Source: Ruditapes philippinarum
Lineage: Eukaryota
Length of the DNA: 53,284 nucleotides
Direction of reading: 5' to 3'
Assembly (NCBI RefSeq): GCF_026571515.1
Contig: NW_026860139.1
Location: 124,001 to 177,284, forward strand
Shown here piece by piece: positions 15,001-27,225 of this stretch. Numbering within the stretch: position 1 is the first letter of the stretch; the number at the start of each line of letters is the position of its first letter. Made by a program: the position numbers and the translations under genes. The notes under the pieces were generated by a model. The model saw nothing but the letters and a program-made list of their open reading frames with translations, had not been told where the DNA came from and ran no database searches.

Positions 15001-18000
15001 AATTTTAAAAAAGATATGCCAATCATCTAGTTTACAAAACTGAATAAAAAATTTTGCTTATTGTAAAATTTAAGAAAGCAGTGGCCTATAAAGGTTAAGA
15101 AGTTTGCTCTACAACCAAAGGATTGTGGGCCTAAGCCTTATTGGGGTCACATAACCTTGGTTCTTTATAGGAAACCAGTATTGGTTTATTCTATATAACA
15201 GTAAGCTACTGTCGTTTGGTGAAGCTGACACTAGAAATGGTTCAATAATGCTTTAAGCTTTCATTACAGACAAACTAAAAATGTGTATGTTTAACATATG
15301 ATTATAATGTTCTCTGTTGTAATTATCATACGAACTTGCAATCAGCAGATGGTGAATCACTTTCACAGAATCTGCAGCACCATCAACATAACATTTGTAT
15401 GTACCAGCATCTGTCATTAACACTGGATATATTTGCAAGTTCCAGTATCCCCCTCCATCTGAAATAATATAATTGAGCCGCGTCATGACAAAACCAACAT
15501 AGTGGGTTTGCAACCAGCATGGATCAAGACCAGCCTGCGCATCCACGCAGTCTGATAAGGATCCATGCTGTTCGCTATCAGTTTCTCTACTTGTTATAGA
15601 GTTTGTAAGCGAACATTTTGGATCCTGATCAGACTGCGCGGATGCCAGTTCAGCCTTCAGCTTTTCTAAAGGTTAAATAATTATGTTATTATTACATAAA
15701 TGGTTTCATATAATTGTCTAATCAAAATGAGGTGGAAAATGAAATTTGCCATAGATAAAATAGATAAACAATAAGGAAAACTTTCGAAACCTCTAATCTA
15801 GTGGTCTGCTCTCTATATGTAAATTAGTAAAGTTGACAATTGGTTAGAAACAAAAGTCACAGACACATAATAAATAGCTCTTGGGACGTTGTGTTGAATA
15901 AGACTTAACAGTCACAGATATGATACAATTTCCAAGACATAATTACTGAAATACTTAGTTTGAAACAACAAAGAATTGTTCAGCCAAAAAATTAAAACAT
16001 AAACATTTTATTATGATGAAAATATATAAATAATTAAAATTCTAAAATTATGACAGTAAAGTTAAAATGTTTACCTTGAGGTCCATATATTGAATATTTG
16101 TTCTCATAGTTCTCAGCATGTATCACAGATCCTTTAGATATAGTTATATTGTGGTCAATAAAATCCCATTTTACCTACAAAAACAACAATAAAACTAGAA
16201 CATAGTGCTTGTGATAATTATGGAGTAAATAGGAGTCAGACAAGAGCTGTCCGTAAGACAGCGCGCTCGACTTTTTTATTGCTTGCCAATAAAAAAAGTT
16301 TTTGCAGTAAAAGGCAATACAAGAATCTATGTGTTCTGTCCGTAGCTGGTCACTTGTCCACCAATCAAATAGGCGAGATAAAATGTGAAATATGCATATA
16401 CTACTGATTTTAATTTCAAGTACAAAAAGAGAAAAATAACTAGTTGTTTGATACCCTTGAATATTACAGCAATGTTTATATGACATAATTTATGGTAAAG
16501 TGAACAAGTGGATAGGAATGAATTTTTTTAGATTTTTTAAGTTTTTTAGTGCTTGCCTATAATACAAAACATTGACAGTTAAGGGCCATAATTCAAATAA
16601 AATCTTTGACAGAATTACCTTCTCCTGGACATGTTTGGGAATCATGATTGTGATAGTAAACAAGTATTCCAACTTTCAAATTAATATCTCAAACAGTTCA
16701 GTCAAAAAGTGGACTGGTACTAAAAACTTAACCAAGATTCTAAGTCGATAAAAGGCCTTAATTTTTTAAAAACAAATCCTTGACAGAGTTACCTTCTCTT
16801 GCGTACAGATGGGGTAATGATGTGAAATAGCATTAAAAGTTTCAAAGCAATATCTCAAAGGGTTAAGGCAATAAGTGGATTTTACCCATATTCAATGTAT
16901 TTTCTAAGTCAAAAAAGGGGCATAATTCTGTCAAAAACCTTGACAGAGTTATGTCCTCTTGTCTGTTGATGAAGGTCGTGATGGTAAACAAGTATGGTCA
17001 GTTTCAAAGCAATACCTCCAATGGTTTTGAAATAAAGTGAGGTGGTACAAAAAACTTAACCAAGCTCAATACACTTTCTAAGTCAAAAAAGGGCCATAAT
17101 TCTGTCAAAAACCTTGACAGAGTTATGTACTCTTGTCTGTAGATGGAGGTTATGATGGTGAACAAGTATGGTAAGTTTCAAAGCCATACTTGTAATACTT
17201 CTGAAATAAAGTGGGGTGGTACGAAAAACTTAACCAAGGTGTGACGCCAACGCCGACGCCGACGCCGGGGCGAGTAGGATAGCTCCCCTTTTCATAAAAA
17301 AGTCGAGCTAATAAAAATAACCCAAGGATGATGTTTATCTTTTCATATTGAAGTTTTACTTTACTCTGAAGCTATGGAATTGAACATTGCACAAAAATAA
17401 CTGTATCATAAATTCTGAACACAGTGATTGCTATTCATTGACTATGATAAAGATTAAAGGAAAAACATTCTTTTAATATAGGATATAAATGAATGTGAGG
17501 ACCGTAACCTCAAGTTTAAAGTTGCACGTTGCATATAGGCTGATATAGAAAAAATTAACTCTACCAATAAGATATTTATAATTAATCAATTGAAAATAAA
17601 AAACTTCTGTATTAATAAATAATTGACACAAAAATCACTGAATTTTACAACTTACAGTTTGTGAAGGTTGAAGATTTTTAACTTTGCACTCAAATTGGGC
17701 CACTTTACCAACTTCAATCTTTATTGTCTGGGATGTTGTTTCTATTGTCTGGCCGAAAACTGCAACAACAACCATTAAATAATTATCATTAAAATGCTTG
17801 CAAGGATAGTAAATCTAAGCCACTAGCAACTGTTCATACATACAGCCTTACCAGATGTTTAATTTACTTTTATTTATATTTAGATACTAAGAAATCCCTG
17901 AAACAGCTCAATGGACTGTAACCAAATTCAAACTAGTCCATTTCTAAAATTCAGCAATTATAAGGATGAAAAAGATCATGTGATTTTAATTGGTACATAT

Positions 18001-18608
18001 GAATGTACTGTCATCTCAATTAACAGAAACACAATCACTATATCCAGTGTGTCCAGAAGTGAGAATACTCAGAGTGGTGAAAAGCATCATCTTCTTTTAA
18101 ATTGGTTTCTTTAAAGCCAGAATTCATAAATTGAACACAACTTACTGACATGTATATTTATACAATTTAACAGCTAGTCTTCTCAAGAAATATTACATCA
18201 AGACATTGTCTCAAAGCTCAACAGCTTCTGACATTAAAAAACAATCATCAACTTTAACCATAAATGATTATTTTTCAGTTACAAATTGCGACACTAAACA
18301 CAAATTTTCAACAGGCTGACAAAAGTTCCAGTAGAATGACAAATTTCCTTTTTTTGACTAACGAAATCTAATTTTTGGTAAACAGTTGACAAAAATCAAG
18401 CAAACTGACAATTTATTGGACAAACTGTCAAATGTTTAGAAAAGTTAAACAAATTTTGAGAAAATTGACAAGGTCTAAAGTCAATTCATAAATCATTTAA
18501 AAACAACAATATAGAATTACATGAAGCAAAAACTTAAAGGAATCATAAGAACATACCTGTTAAAATGCTGGCCAGAAAAATGGTAGCTTGATACATAATT
18601 GTCTCCAT
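1..18608 (-). CDS. Ig-like and fibronectin type-III domain-containing protein with DB modules (IGDB-like), spliced, 3' part outside the window
   Basis: Phase-consistent GT-AG exons: 18557-18608 (METIMYQATIFLASILT, signal peptide); 17656-17759, 16075-16174, 15336-15458 (Ig: AQFECKV..VKW..WNLQI..DAGTYKCYV); 13046-13087 linker; 11901-12047 + 11029-11187 (DB1: CC..C..C..C..C/DGRNHLGCC..C..C..C..CFKEG); 10394-10542 + 9726-9864 (FN3: LPSPP..VTWQPP..GYKVQY..LTNLELNVVYEIQV); 8499-8537 linker; 7695-7826 + 6389-6538 (DB2); 4434-4594 + 3437-3569 (FN3: WEAP..ITNLEPGTKYDVVV); 1111-1245 + 379-534 (DB3: DGRDHRPCC..CFDEGK); 1-17 (GLYPRP, start of next FN3). Architecture recognised from C. elegans igdb-type proteins (DB module PF01682); no search was run. 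Confidence 0.9.
1300..2750. other. Probable low-quality / miscalled sequence
   Basis: Excess homopolymer runs; a repeat that is clean elsewhere in the window is distorted inside it. Confidence 0.75.
1675..1990. mobile_element. Corrupted copy of the 9488-9720 MITE
   Basis: The right TIR ggtctggatccatgctggtcgcaaacccattatgttggttttgtcgtgacgctgctca is clean (~1929-1986); the left part is recognisable but homopolymer-inflated. Confidence 0.7.
3181..3385 (+). mobile_element. tRNA-derived SINE (family A)
   Basis: A-box-like gtggcctagtg, B-box-like ggtttcgagccc; shared body acaccagtactggttggttccagga; homologues at 36338-37185 and ~15077-15190. Confidence 0.7.
3805..4105 (-). mobile_element. Degenerate SINE-like element
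   Basis: Reverse-strand B-box-like gggattgattccc near 4048-4060 plus a body (ttcctgggcaggc..accagtact..gatttcatgatcaatc) that I recognise as a common mollusc SINE core. Confidence 0.5.
4972..5990 (+). mobile_element. HINE/Helentron-like non-autonomous element with ~166-bp tandem core (5 units), 3' hairpin missing
   Basis: Starts acaagagggccatgatggc..gctcacctg; tandem ccccagggcttttatttgaacaaac units; (GGAC/GACG)n microsatellite at ~5936-5970; same family as 28097-29524. Confidence 0.8.
6800..7600. repeat. ~29-bp minisatellite (consensus actgctagactactgtttctgctataatt), ~27 units
   Basis: Directly visible tandem periodicity with recurring variant units. Confidence 0.9.
8235..8478 (+). mobile_element. 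tRNA-derived SINE (family B)
   Basis: B-box-like gggttcaaactcc; 3' end atatgacc..tgttggtgtgacttaaaactcaacaaaataaac; related fragments at ~12752-12885 (minus) and ~41485-41625 (plus). Confidence 0.6.
9488..9720. mobile_element. Palindromic MITE (~230 bp, long TIRs, TA-flanked)
   Basis: tatgagtcgcgccatgacaaaaccaacatagtg .. cactatgttggttttgttatggcgcggctcata; inverted ends of ~70 bp. Confidence 0.85.
13168..14613 (+). mobile_element. HINE/Helentron-like element with ~145-bp tandem core (8 units)
   Basis: tgaccttgacctttgacc recurs at ~13406, 13551, 13696, 13833, 13978, 14125, 14269 and 14415; 5' atacccccgca inverted with 3' tgcgggggtat; gacggac tract and terminal hairpin at ~14578-14612. Confidence 0.85.
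15474..15645. mobile_element. Truncated copy of the 9488-9720 MITE
   Basis: tgagccgcgtcatgacaaaaccaacatagtgggtttgcaaccagcatggatc.. lacks the second TIR. Confidence 0.8.
16239..17310 (+). mobile_element. HINE/Helentron-like element with ~170-bp degenerate tandem core
   Basis: Starts acaagagctgtccgtaagacagc.gctcgact, ends agtcgagcta; (GACGCC)n microsatellite at ~17243-17267; gggccataattc recurs about every 170 bp. Confidence 0.8.
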
Positions 18609-20225
18609 ATTGACAATCTCACTTAAATCTTCATGTTAAATTCCCTGAAATATATATAAAACATACTGTTTCTAAGGCAATTGCTGTAATTTGCTCTTAT
18701 ATATTTTTCTCTGTCATTCATTGAGGAAATCAATAATTCCAACTTGGAATCACTTAGCACTTATCATTCACAAGTAACTAAACAGCCCCTAAAAATAATT
18801 CACAGTTGCATTCATTGTTAACATATTGACATATGAACAATGATTTTGTTAGCATGTGACATAAATTAAATGAATCTGGAACTCCCCTTACAGCAAGGCT
18901 TGTAGTATGACATTTTTTTATAAAATTTACTTTTTCACTGTAACCCTAGATTATACATTTTTAACATGTCCTATAAAGTTATTCACCCGTTAAAAAGTGC
19001 AGGTTAAATGTAAACATGTTAAAGTGAGAAAATAAAACTATTATACAAGACGTTAACATTTACCAACTAAGTTTCTTGTCTTTATTACCATTAGATATTA
19101 TCCTCTTCTTTTTACTTAATTACCCTTTTGTTAAGCTTACAATGCAGAAAATATAAACACAGATCTTTACATACTTCAGTTAACCTGCGTCCGTTAGATG
19201 CCAATTAGTCAAAATGTATTTTTACACTGAAATAACGATTTTCAAGGCAAAGCCAAGTCCAAATCTCGTTGTTATAAACAAAGCAAGTTAAAAGTAAAAA
19301 AAAACAGTGCTACAAACAAATATTGGAACTTGTATTATCAAATCCAAATTCATCGAAATACTGACTCTGCTTAAGCTGAACTCCAATATCTGTCATGGTA
19401 ATAGGTATGAATATTTCCAATGCTCCTATATTTACATTACATTGATAATTTCATTAGCACTCCAGTAAAGTTCATAAGTTTATACTCAGCATCTTACATA
19501 TACATGTATATTATATGTTTGTTACCAATACATGTATATTATCAACTTACCAACAACTTATCAAGACTATACAAAGATGGATAAAAATTCCTTACAGACA
19601 TAAAACCTGAACATCAATTTTTAAACAATGAACAAAGTGCTCTTAAACTATTTATCACAGTGAATAAAATTAATTTATATCAGTATGTACCCTACAAAAA
19701 TTTTTACTAGCATATTCAGTTACAACCTCTCAGAGCATGAAATGTACATGTACAATGTACAATGGTTTTGTATTTTTTTAAAATTTATTTATTCAAACTG
19801 AAACATTTAATAAAAAGCTTTTACTTTTACTTATTACATTAAAATAAAAACTTTATTTTTTATTAATATATTCTTTGAGTGGCAAACAATTTCAGAAGCA
19901 TTTTCATAGAGACCCCAACCTTTAATTAAAGTAATCTTTCTCAGTATATATCATAAGATACTAAATTGGGGTCCATGGCACTTAAACTATATGTGTACAT
20001 ATGAACATATGATTTAGTGGTGTAAAACAAATATGCACAACAGAGCATGTGATTGAAGGGGATTTACATGTAAATCCTGCCCAGGGTGCTATGGTTATGC
20101 ATAGGCCATTAACTTGAGAAATAAAGAAAAACAAGAGAAAATATGGAATCTGACAGCCTGCCACAGTAGGTGCCACTATGGCCATTGAAAGGATATGAAA
20201 TCATTGAAATTATTGCATGAATTCA

Positions 20226-20382
20226 CCACAGGAACTTGAAATTCTATCAAATAACCAATATTAATTATAATATCCAAATATACCCCCTATATACCATAAA
20301 AAAAACACATGTTTTTTATAGTATATAGGGGGTATATTTTGCATATTATCGTTAATAGTGATAGAATTTCAAGTTCCTGTGG
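20226..20382. repeat. 157-bp near-perfect palindrome (foldback/MITE-like)
   Basis: ccacaggaacttgaaattctatca..aatataccccctatatac / gtatatagggggtatatt..tgatagaatttcaagttcctgtgg. Confidence 0.85.
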
Positions 20383-21641
20383 AATTCACTATTAATTGGT
20401 AAAAAACCTTTTTATGATAATGTACTGAACTACTTAAACTACACAGTTTACTTACATTATGGTTAACCTGATCTACATAATTTATGCATTTTTATCATTA
20501 TGATACTAGTAATTTACCTGAAGCATTTTTCTAGCTACATATTCATAGCTCAATAATTTAATATATGTTTCTATAACTTTATGAATTTCACTATAATATT
20601 TCAACATAAGAGAAGTTTGGGAGCAAATGTAGAGTTTATATTATCACATTGCTTAGGATGTACACTATTTCATATGATACATGTATAGCAGAAATCTTCA
20701 AGCAATACTTTATCAATGAACATAAAACTGCGCATGGTGGCGGTTCTTGATTACCTCTGAAAATATTTTTCAAAAATATAATATTATATTTTCCATATTT
20801 ATGTACATAACAGAAGGAAATATTCCCCCGTGTTTTGTCCTACAATATTTCATAAAATCAAAAGAAACAATTTTATCATTACATTTACAAGGAAAAATGT
20901 ATTTGTTTAACTACAATGTGTTACTATCAATATAGCTTATGTAAACTTAAACACTTTAATAAATCTGCTTACCTCAAATGTAATAACTTTTTACAAAAAG
21001 GAACAATATCTAAATGATCATAACATCCAGCTACATGTATAACATAAATATAATGTGTAATGTGTAAAAGAAAACTTGGAAAATATAGAAAATTTACAAG
21101 ATAAAATTTGTATGTGGGTTGACAAATCATTTAGTTTACAAAGAACAATTCTGGGATATAGGGATTATGTTTCTTTTGAAAAGATCATAAAACTGTAACT
21201 TCAAAGCTAAACTGACATTTCAAGACAGAACAAAACAAATCAATTATTGAAAGAAACATTTTCAAAGCATTTTAAACACAGAGGCTACATAATCTGAGTG
21301 TATACCCTACCCAGAGCCCTTGGTGTTGTAATATAGATCCTGTAAAATAATGTTTTTATGGTTTTAAATCATAAATATGATGCTCAAATTAAGATTAATC
21401 ACTATTATAGGTTCCAAAAAGCATTATTTTTAAAGATATTACCGAATTTAACATTTCATGTAAATAAAGGGAGGTAATTAGAAATTGATTTTCTATAAAG
21501 TTTGAGTTAAATTTTCCAATAAGAAATGAATGACTATATTTTAATGATTACATAATATTATAATATGCACAAACATTTGCAGTACATATTTTAAATATTA
21601 TTTGATGTTTGAAAATTGTATTACTAGCATAATTATGTAGT

Positions 21642-21750
21642 AGATATAAGCCGAAAACTGTCCAATATGTAAAATATTGAATTTCATGAGGCGCATAGCG
21701 CCGAAGGGTTTTCAATATTTTACTTATTGGTCAGTTTGAGGCTTATATCT
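21642..21750. repeat. Imperfect inverted repeat around a GC-rich core
   Basis: agatataagcc..ccaata.gtaaaatattgaa / ttcaatattttac.tattgg..ggcttatatct flanking gaggcgcatagcgccgaa. Confidence 0.7.
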
Positions 21751-22405
21751 TACTTAAATTACTACTTTTACTATCAAATATCATGTTATCTATCGAAAAA
21801 TTAGAAATAATGTATTTTTGAGCTAGAAATGTACAATATTAATGTTTAAGCAATTATCTTTTTCTTACTTGCAAAACCCTACAGGTAGCCTCTTGAATAA
21901 CAAAATGTCTGTAGCATGAAATTTTCGTGTTTGAAATATGACCAATTATGTACATGAACACAATGATATACAAAAAATATACCAGTTACACAAAATGTTG
22001 GACTTACACACATACAGTATACATGAATTTACATTTGGGATTTTTACAAAGAATAATAAAAATGAAATGTTTTCAAATTTGTGTTGAATCACAAATATTT
22101 TAAATGATTGACTGAAACAATCTATGACTTTAAAGAAGATTTAGTGTTAAAATGATATTTTTACTTTACTACAACTATCACGAATATTAAATTTTGGATA
22201 TTAATGCAACAAAATGATATTTTCTTACTTTTGAATTCATATTTGTCATACCACAGGAGTCTGGAATTGTTTCTTTATATAAGCAGTCAAACATAACCGA
22301 TTTTTTTTAAAATTTTATTTAAAAGTTGACCATTACCCTTATTTAAAAAGTTGACCTAACTGAAACATATCGTACATACAATAAAGCAAATCATGTATGA
22401 TTGTC

Positions 22406-22671
22406 AACTTAACATATACATGTATTTAAAACAGAAAAAACGGACAATAGACAAGAAATTAATCCCATAAAAATCATATCTTAACTGACGCTTCGCTGTC
22501 TTTCACTTGGAAAGCTTAAACAGTGATATGATGTTAAGAACTTAACATATACATGTATTTAAAACAGAAAAAACGGACAATAGACAAGAAATTAATCCCA
22601 TAAAAATCATATCTTAACTGACGCTTCGCTGTCTTTCACTTGGAAAGCTTAAACAGTGATATGATGTTAAG
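22406..22671. repeat. Exact 133-bp tandem duplication
   Basis: 22406-22538 is identical to 22539-22671. Confidence 0.9.
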
Positions 22672-23060
22672 AGCTTGAAAATCGAAAATCAGTAGGTTTG
22701 GAATAATAATTCGTTAAATGAGCCAGAGAACAAGACTTAAGTATTGTTCTGTTCGTAAAATTAAGTAAAATGCTTAATGGGCGAAGGAATGACATTGCAT
22801 CATTCCTCGTGCTAACTTCTGAGACAAGAGGTTACAAATTACTTAATCGTTTTTGTTGTTTTTTTTCTGTTTTTTTTCGTTTTTTCTTTTCTTTTTGTGT
22901 TCTTCTTTTATTTGGAGAATTTTCCACAAAATCCTGTGGTCATACGAGACGGCACACTGTCTAATATTAATGTGTTACACTATTAATATTGGACCTACAC
23001 ATTAATATTGGACACCTACAGGTACTGTATTAAAAATACAGTACGGTCAGAACAAAGGAA

Positions 23061-23068
23061 TGACGTCA
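23061..23068. promoter_or_regulatory. Perfect CRE palindrome TGACGTCA upstream of the IGDB-like gene
   Basis: Motif match in a relatively CpG-containing stretch 5' of the gene; function is inferred only. Confidence 0.25.
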
Positions 23069-23187
23069 TAGTAGTAATTTAAATACATATATATATAATT
23101 TTATTGTGTGTGGTTAACCACTTTACACACAACATACAGGATCTAAAAAGCCTCATTTGGGTAAGATAAATGACAACTAATTGAACT

Positions 23188-23524
23188 TTAACACTTTCGC
23201 TGCCAGAGGGTTATTGTTTTATTGTTCACCTATTTGCCGGAGGATTTTCTAAGAAATTACTATATTATTAATTAATATAATTATTATTATTTGTTATTAG
23301 TATTATAATAATTATATATGTTTCTAAATCTGTTAGTATAATAATAATTATTGTCGATGGTATAATTTTCTTTATATTTATTATTATTTTTATTATTATT
23401 ATTATTAATTTATTATTATTACTATTATTATTATTATAGAAACGGCTAAAGCCGTCCATATGGCAAATACGCCGAAAATAACAGGGACAGCTTAAGCCGT
23501 CCCTATGGCAGTGAAAGGTTTTAA
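23188..23524. mobile_element. piggyBac-like MITE with internal (TTA)n-rich tract
   Basis: ttaacactttcgctgcca .. tggcagtgaaaggttttaa imperfect TIRs with TTAA at both ends. Confidence 0.55.
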
Positions 23525-26500
23525 AGTGACATTATGCCCATGCTAAGTGTATATCCGTAAATGAACAGGACTTTAAGTTTACATTTTTTCATAATTCCTT
23601 CAATTTTAATAAAAAAAGGGACATTTCTGTAAATATCCACCAGTATTTACCTGCAACATTTAATTTATACAGTCTTTTTGATTAGGCAGATTTATATTAT
23701 AGCCTAAACACATTACAATATCAACTGTTGGTCAATCAACATTATAAAAGTCAATCATTTGAAATATACACTCAAAGCAGCTCAGCTTGTTAATGAAAAA
23801 ATTAGCAAAATATCACTTTAATATAATCATACAGATGGTTGCTCAATTTTTGAATTTTAATTCAGAAATTAATGATTGGACTTTCTACATTCAAAGTAAA
23901 TCAAGAGTGTCATTTTATTATACAAATTCCATGAGAAACAGGTTTAAAAGATGTGTATCATAGGTTCTATTTTACCTCTCAATTAACTTTAAAGACCTAT
24001 ACATATTAAATTATTGTACATATATTTCTAATATTTTCATCTTTTCATGCAGTAAAATCTGTCAAGCATTTAGTCATAATAACTGGTACATAATACATAA
24101 TAGTTGTAATACGGAATTTGGCAAATGTGGGTTTATCCAAGTTAATCATAATCCAAGTGACACTTTTAATTTTGTGCATGTTTAAGGCATGAAAGTTTTC
24201 AGACTTTACCAGAATAAATCACTTTATTGGAAAACTAGATCAATTCACCAGAACAATTTTTCTTTATTTTTATAAAAATACAGTAAATTTTGATTTCAAG
24301 AAAGAAATCCAACACAGATTTTAAGTTTTTTTTTTACTTTTACTTTGTTAAACTGAACATGTATTTTATTATATTGTTATCAAATGATGACAGTTTACAA
24401 GATCTTTGATTATATTACATGAAATGGGGTTTTCCCTCTACCTTGCTTATACTGTTGCAGGCCACCCCACCAACACTAAATCCTTTTTTATTGGGACCTG
24501 GCTCACTGTTGCGCAACAATGATGGCTGGCTTTTTAACTTCATCTTTTCAGCTTCAGATACCACATCCTTTTACAGAACCACTCCAAAAATAGAAGCTGG
24601 ACAAGACTAGTTCTTATAAAGATTTAAATAATCTGTTTACTTTAACTGGGTGAAACATCTGACCTACTTAAACTCAAAGCTGCAGGTCTATAAATTTAAG
24701 ACTTGTGGTTTTAATATATATTTTAGCTTTTAAGAGCTCTTTAAAATAATTCACATTGTTATTAAAATAATTCACATTGTTATGAAACAAGCCTAAAATA
24801 TAAATAAATAATGATAATATTATTCTGTTGAATGTCAAAGTATTATAAATTTACACAATGTTTACATTAGGTGAAATTTTATTTTTGTAAGTTAAATATC
24901 TTATAACAAAAATTTACAAGAAATTTAATATTAATATTAAGCTTTTATTCTAATTTATCATCTCAGCAGATTTACTTGCTTAAAGGGACTCCACTGAGGT
25001 TTTAAAGTCATAACAATACATAAGCATAACATAACATTTGAATTTCTTACGTAAGTAAGCTGGGGCATTTATACAGAAATATATGCAAAGATGTTAAGAA
25101 ATATACTTTGAAATAAATTGAAAATCGTATTTTTATGCTTTTCTTAGCCCGATTTGAGTGAAAAGCATTTAATAAACGCTTTTCAATTTTGGTCATTTTT
25201 TTACAATTTGAACAATCATTCTGGAAAAACGAAGTGCGAGAATGATCTAAAATTTTGCACAAAGATTAGTGGTCTTAACCTACATCAAATGAACATTTAT
25301 CTGAAAAAAAATATTTTTTGTCCCATAATGTCAAATAAATTTAATGCATAATTACTAAAATTAGAAATAATATACAATCACTGAAATTAGAAATTACAAA
25401 TACCATTGTTTTAATACAATCATATTTCACATCTTTACAGCAAAAAAAAGTCCTTAAGCTTCATAAATTAATAATTAAAAAAAGTGTTTGTAAATAACTG
25501 TGAAATTACTTTATGAAAAAGTTATCAATGTAATATTACAAATAAAATATTTTAAACATACCAAAAAGGTAGTAAATCCTTACTTAATATTGATTTAGCT
25601 TTAAAACATATCTGTGTCCTAAAAACCTCGCTCATCCGTTAAGATTCAGTCACGTATCTGACAATAAACATTTTATACTTAACCCAGGATGTTTTAAAAG
25701 AACCCTTATATAATTAATCATTTATGTGGAAGATTGTAATGTGTTTATTATATTGAAATAAGCTATTTTCTAGCTTATATAAGAATTTAACTTTGTTCAA
25801 TGAGCAGCCTACATACTTTTAAATTCTCTGTAATAGCATACTTAATGCTTTAATGGTTATTAACCATGCATTAAAGTTGTTTTAGAGGCATTCACAAATG
25901 TAGTCAATCACGTTTTAAGCATCGTTCAAAATTTCACACCGTAGACCAAAACCATGGTTCAAAAAACTGTTAGTGTTACAGTAACCTATGGTCACGTTTA
26001 AGTCAACCAGGGTGATATAAGGTGACAAGTCCCTGTAAAACAGGAGAAGAAAACCACTGGCACTAAACGGAAAGAATATGTGCATAATATTCCAAACTTT
26101 ACTCCATTTTAAACTTCTAATAGCTTTATATACCACATCATTCATCACTACTGTTATAATAACCCACTATATGAGTATAAAACATCAAATTGCCTCAATA
26201 AAAGCAGGAAAAGAAATGTCAACATACCACTTTTTAAAAAATCATAATTGGCAACAAAAATACCAGTATAACAGTAATACCAGGCTAATACAGCTCGATT
26301 TCGCCATTCCTTTCATTTATAATGTGTTTACATCAATACTGACAGATAGGGGTGTCCATCATTCTGATATAAAAGAATACTATCACCAAAATCTTTAACC
26401 AGTAAGCAATTACTCATTTTTTATCAGTTCAGCCTAATAGCATAGTCACAGGTACAGTGTTTGCTTCATAAATGTAAATCCAGGTTCGAATCCTGAAAAA

Positions 26501-26652
26501 GGCACTTTTTCTATTATTTTTTGTTTAAAGATATTTTTCAACTAAATGGATTTTGGTATTTTAACTTGTGAATAATTATTTCATTCACACACTGCTATTG
26601 AAAACATTCAGTTTTACACATATTCAAGAATAGTATTTTTCGAATTACAGAA

Positions 26653-27225
26653 ATGTTACAGAGTATTAATTTTGAAGACCAGATTTATTTTAACACAAAT
26701 CAAGTGAATACTAAAGTAATTGTAACAAAAATTAAGGAAAAAATTTTTGATGTAGAAGTTAATAAATGGAAACAATCATTAGAGTGTGTGTCATCTATAT
26801 CAGGAAATGGTAGAAATAAGCTAAGAACATATAAAATGTTCAAGAATGTTTTTGAAACTGAAACTTATGTAAAAGAACATTTGCCTTTTCATTATCGAAG
26901 AGCTATGGCATTATTTAGATGCGGTGTTGCACCGATAAGATTGGAAACGGGGAGGTATGAAAATCTGTCAATACATGAAAGAACTTGTTTTAACTGTACT
27001 GATACTGTAGAAGATGAGATACATGTTATGTTACACTGTCCACTCTATTTACAATTCAGGGAAGACCTATTTGAATCTGCGAGAACAATTGTTAATAATT
27101 TTGACAACTTATCTGATGTGGAGAAAATGCATAACGTTTTTGTTAATCCATTTTTGACTAAGTTTACAGCCAAAGCATGCTTTAATATTTTAAAACATAG
27201 ACGTCTTTTACTTTATTGTAGGTAA
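26653..27225 (+). mobile_element. 5'-truncated non-LTR retrotransposon (LINE) ORF2 C-terminal fragment, CR1/L2-group-like
   Basis: 190-aa ORF with KLRTYKMFK..ETYV, RRAMALFRCGVAPIRLETGRY and a CxxC..EDExH..HC zinc-binding motif (CFNCTDTVEDEIHVMLHCPLY) typical of the post-RT region of invertebrate LINEs; no RT core present. Confidence 0.85.

Noticed and set aside
23268-23459. N/I-rich ORF
   Set aside because: Translation of a (TTA)n-rich low-complexity tract.
24442-24543. Minus-strand exon-like stretch MKLKSQPSLLRNSEPGPNKKGFSVGGVACNSISK with a gtagag donor
   Set aside because: Splicing to 18644 gives an immediate stop and there is no homology evidence; at most a UTR exon.
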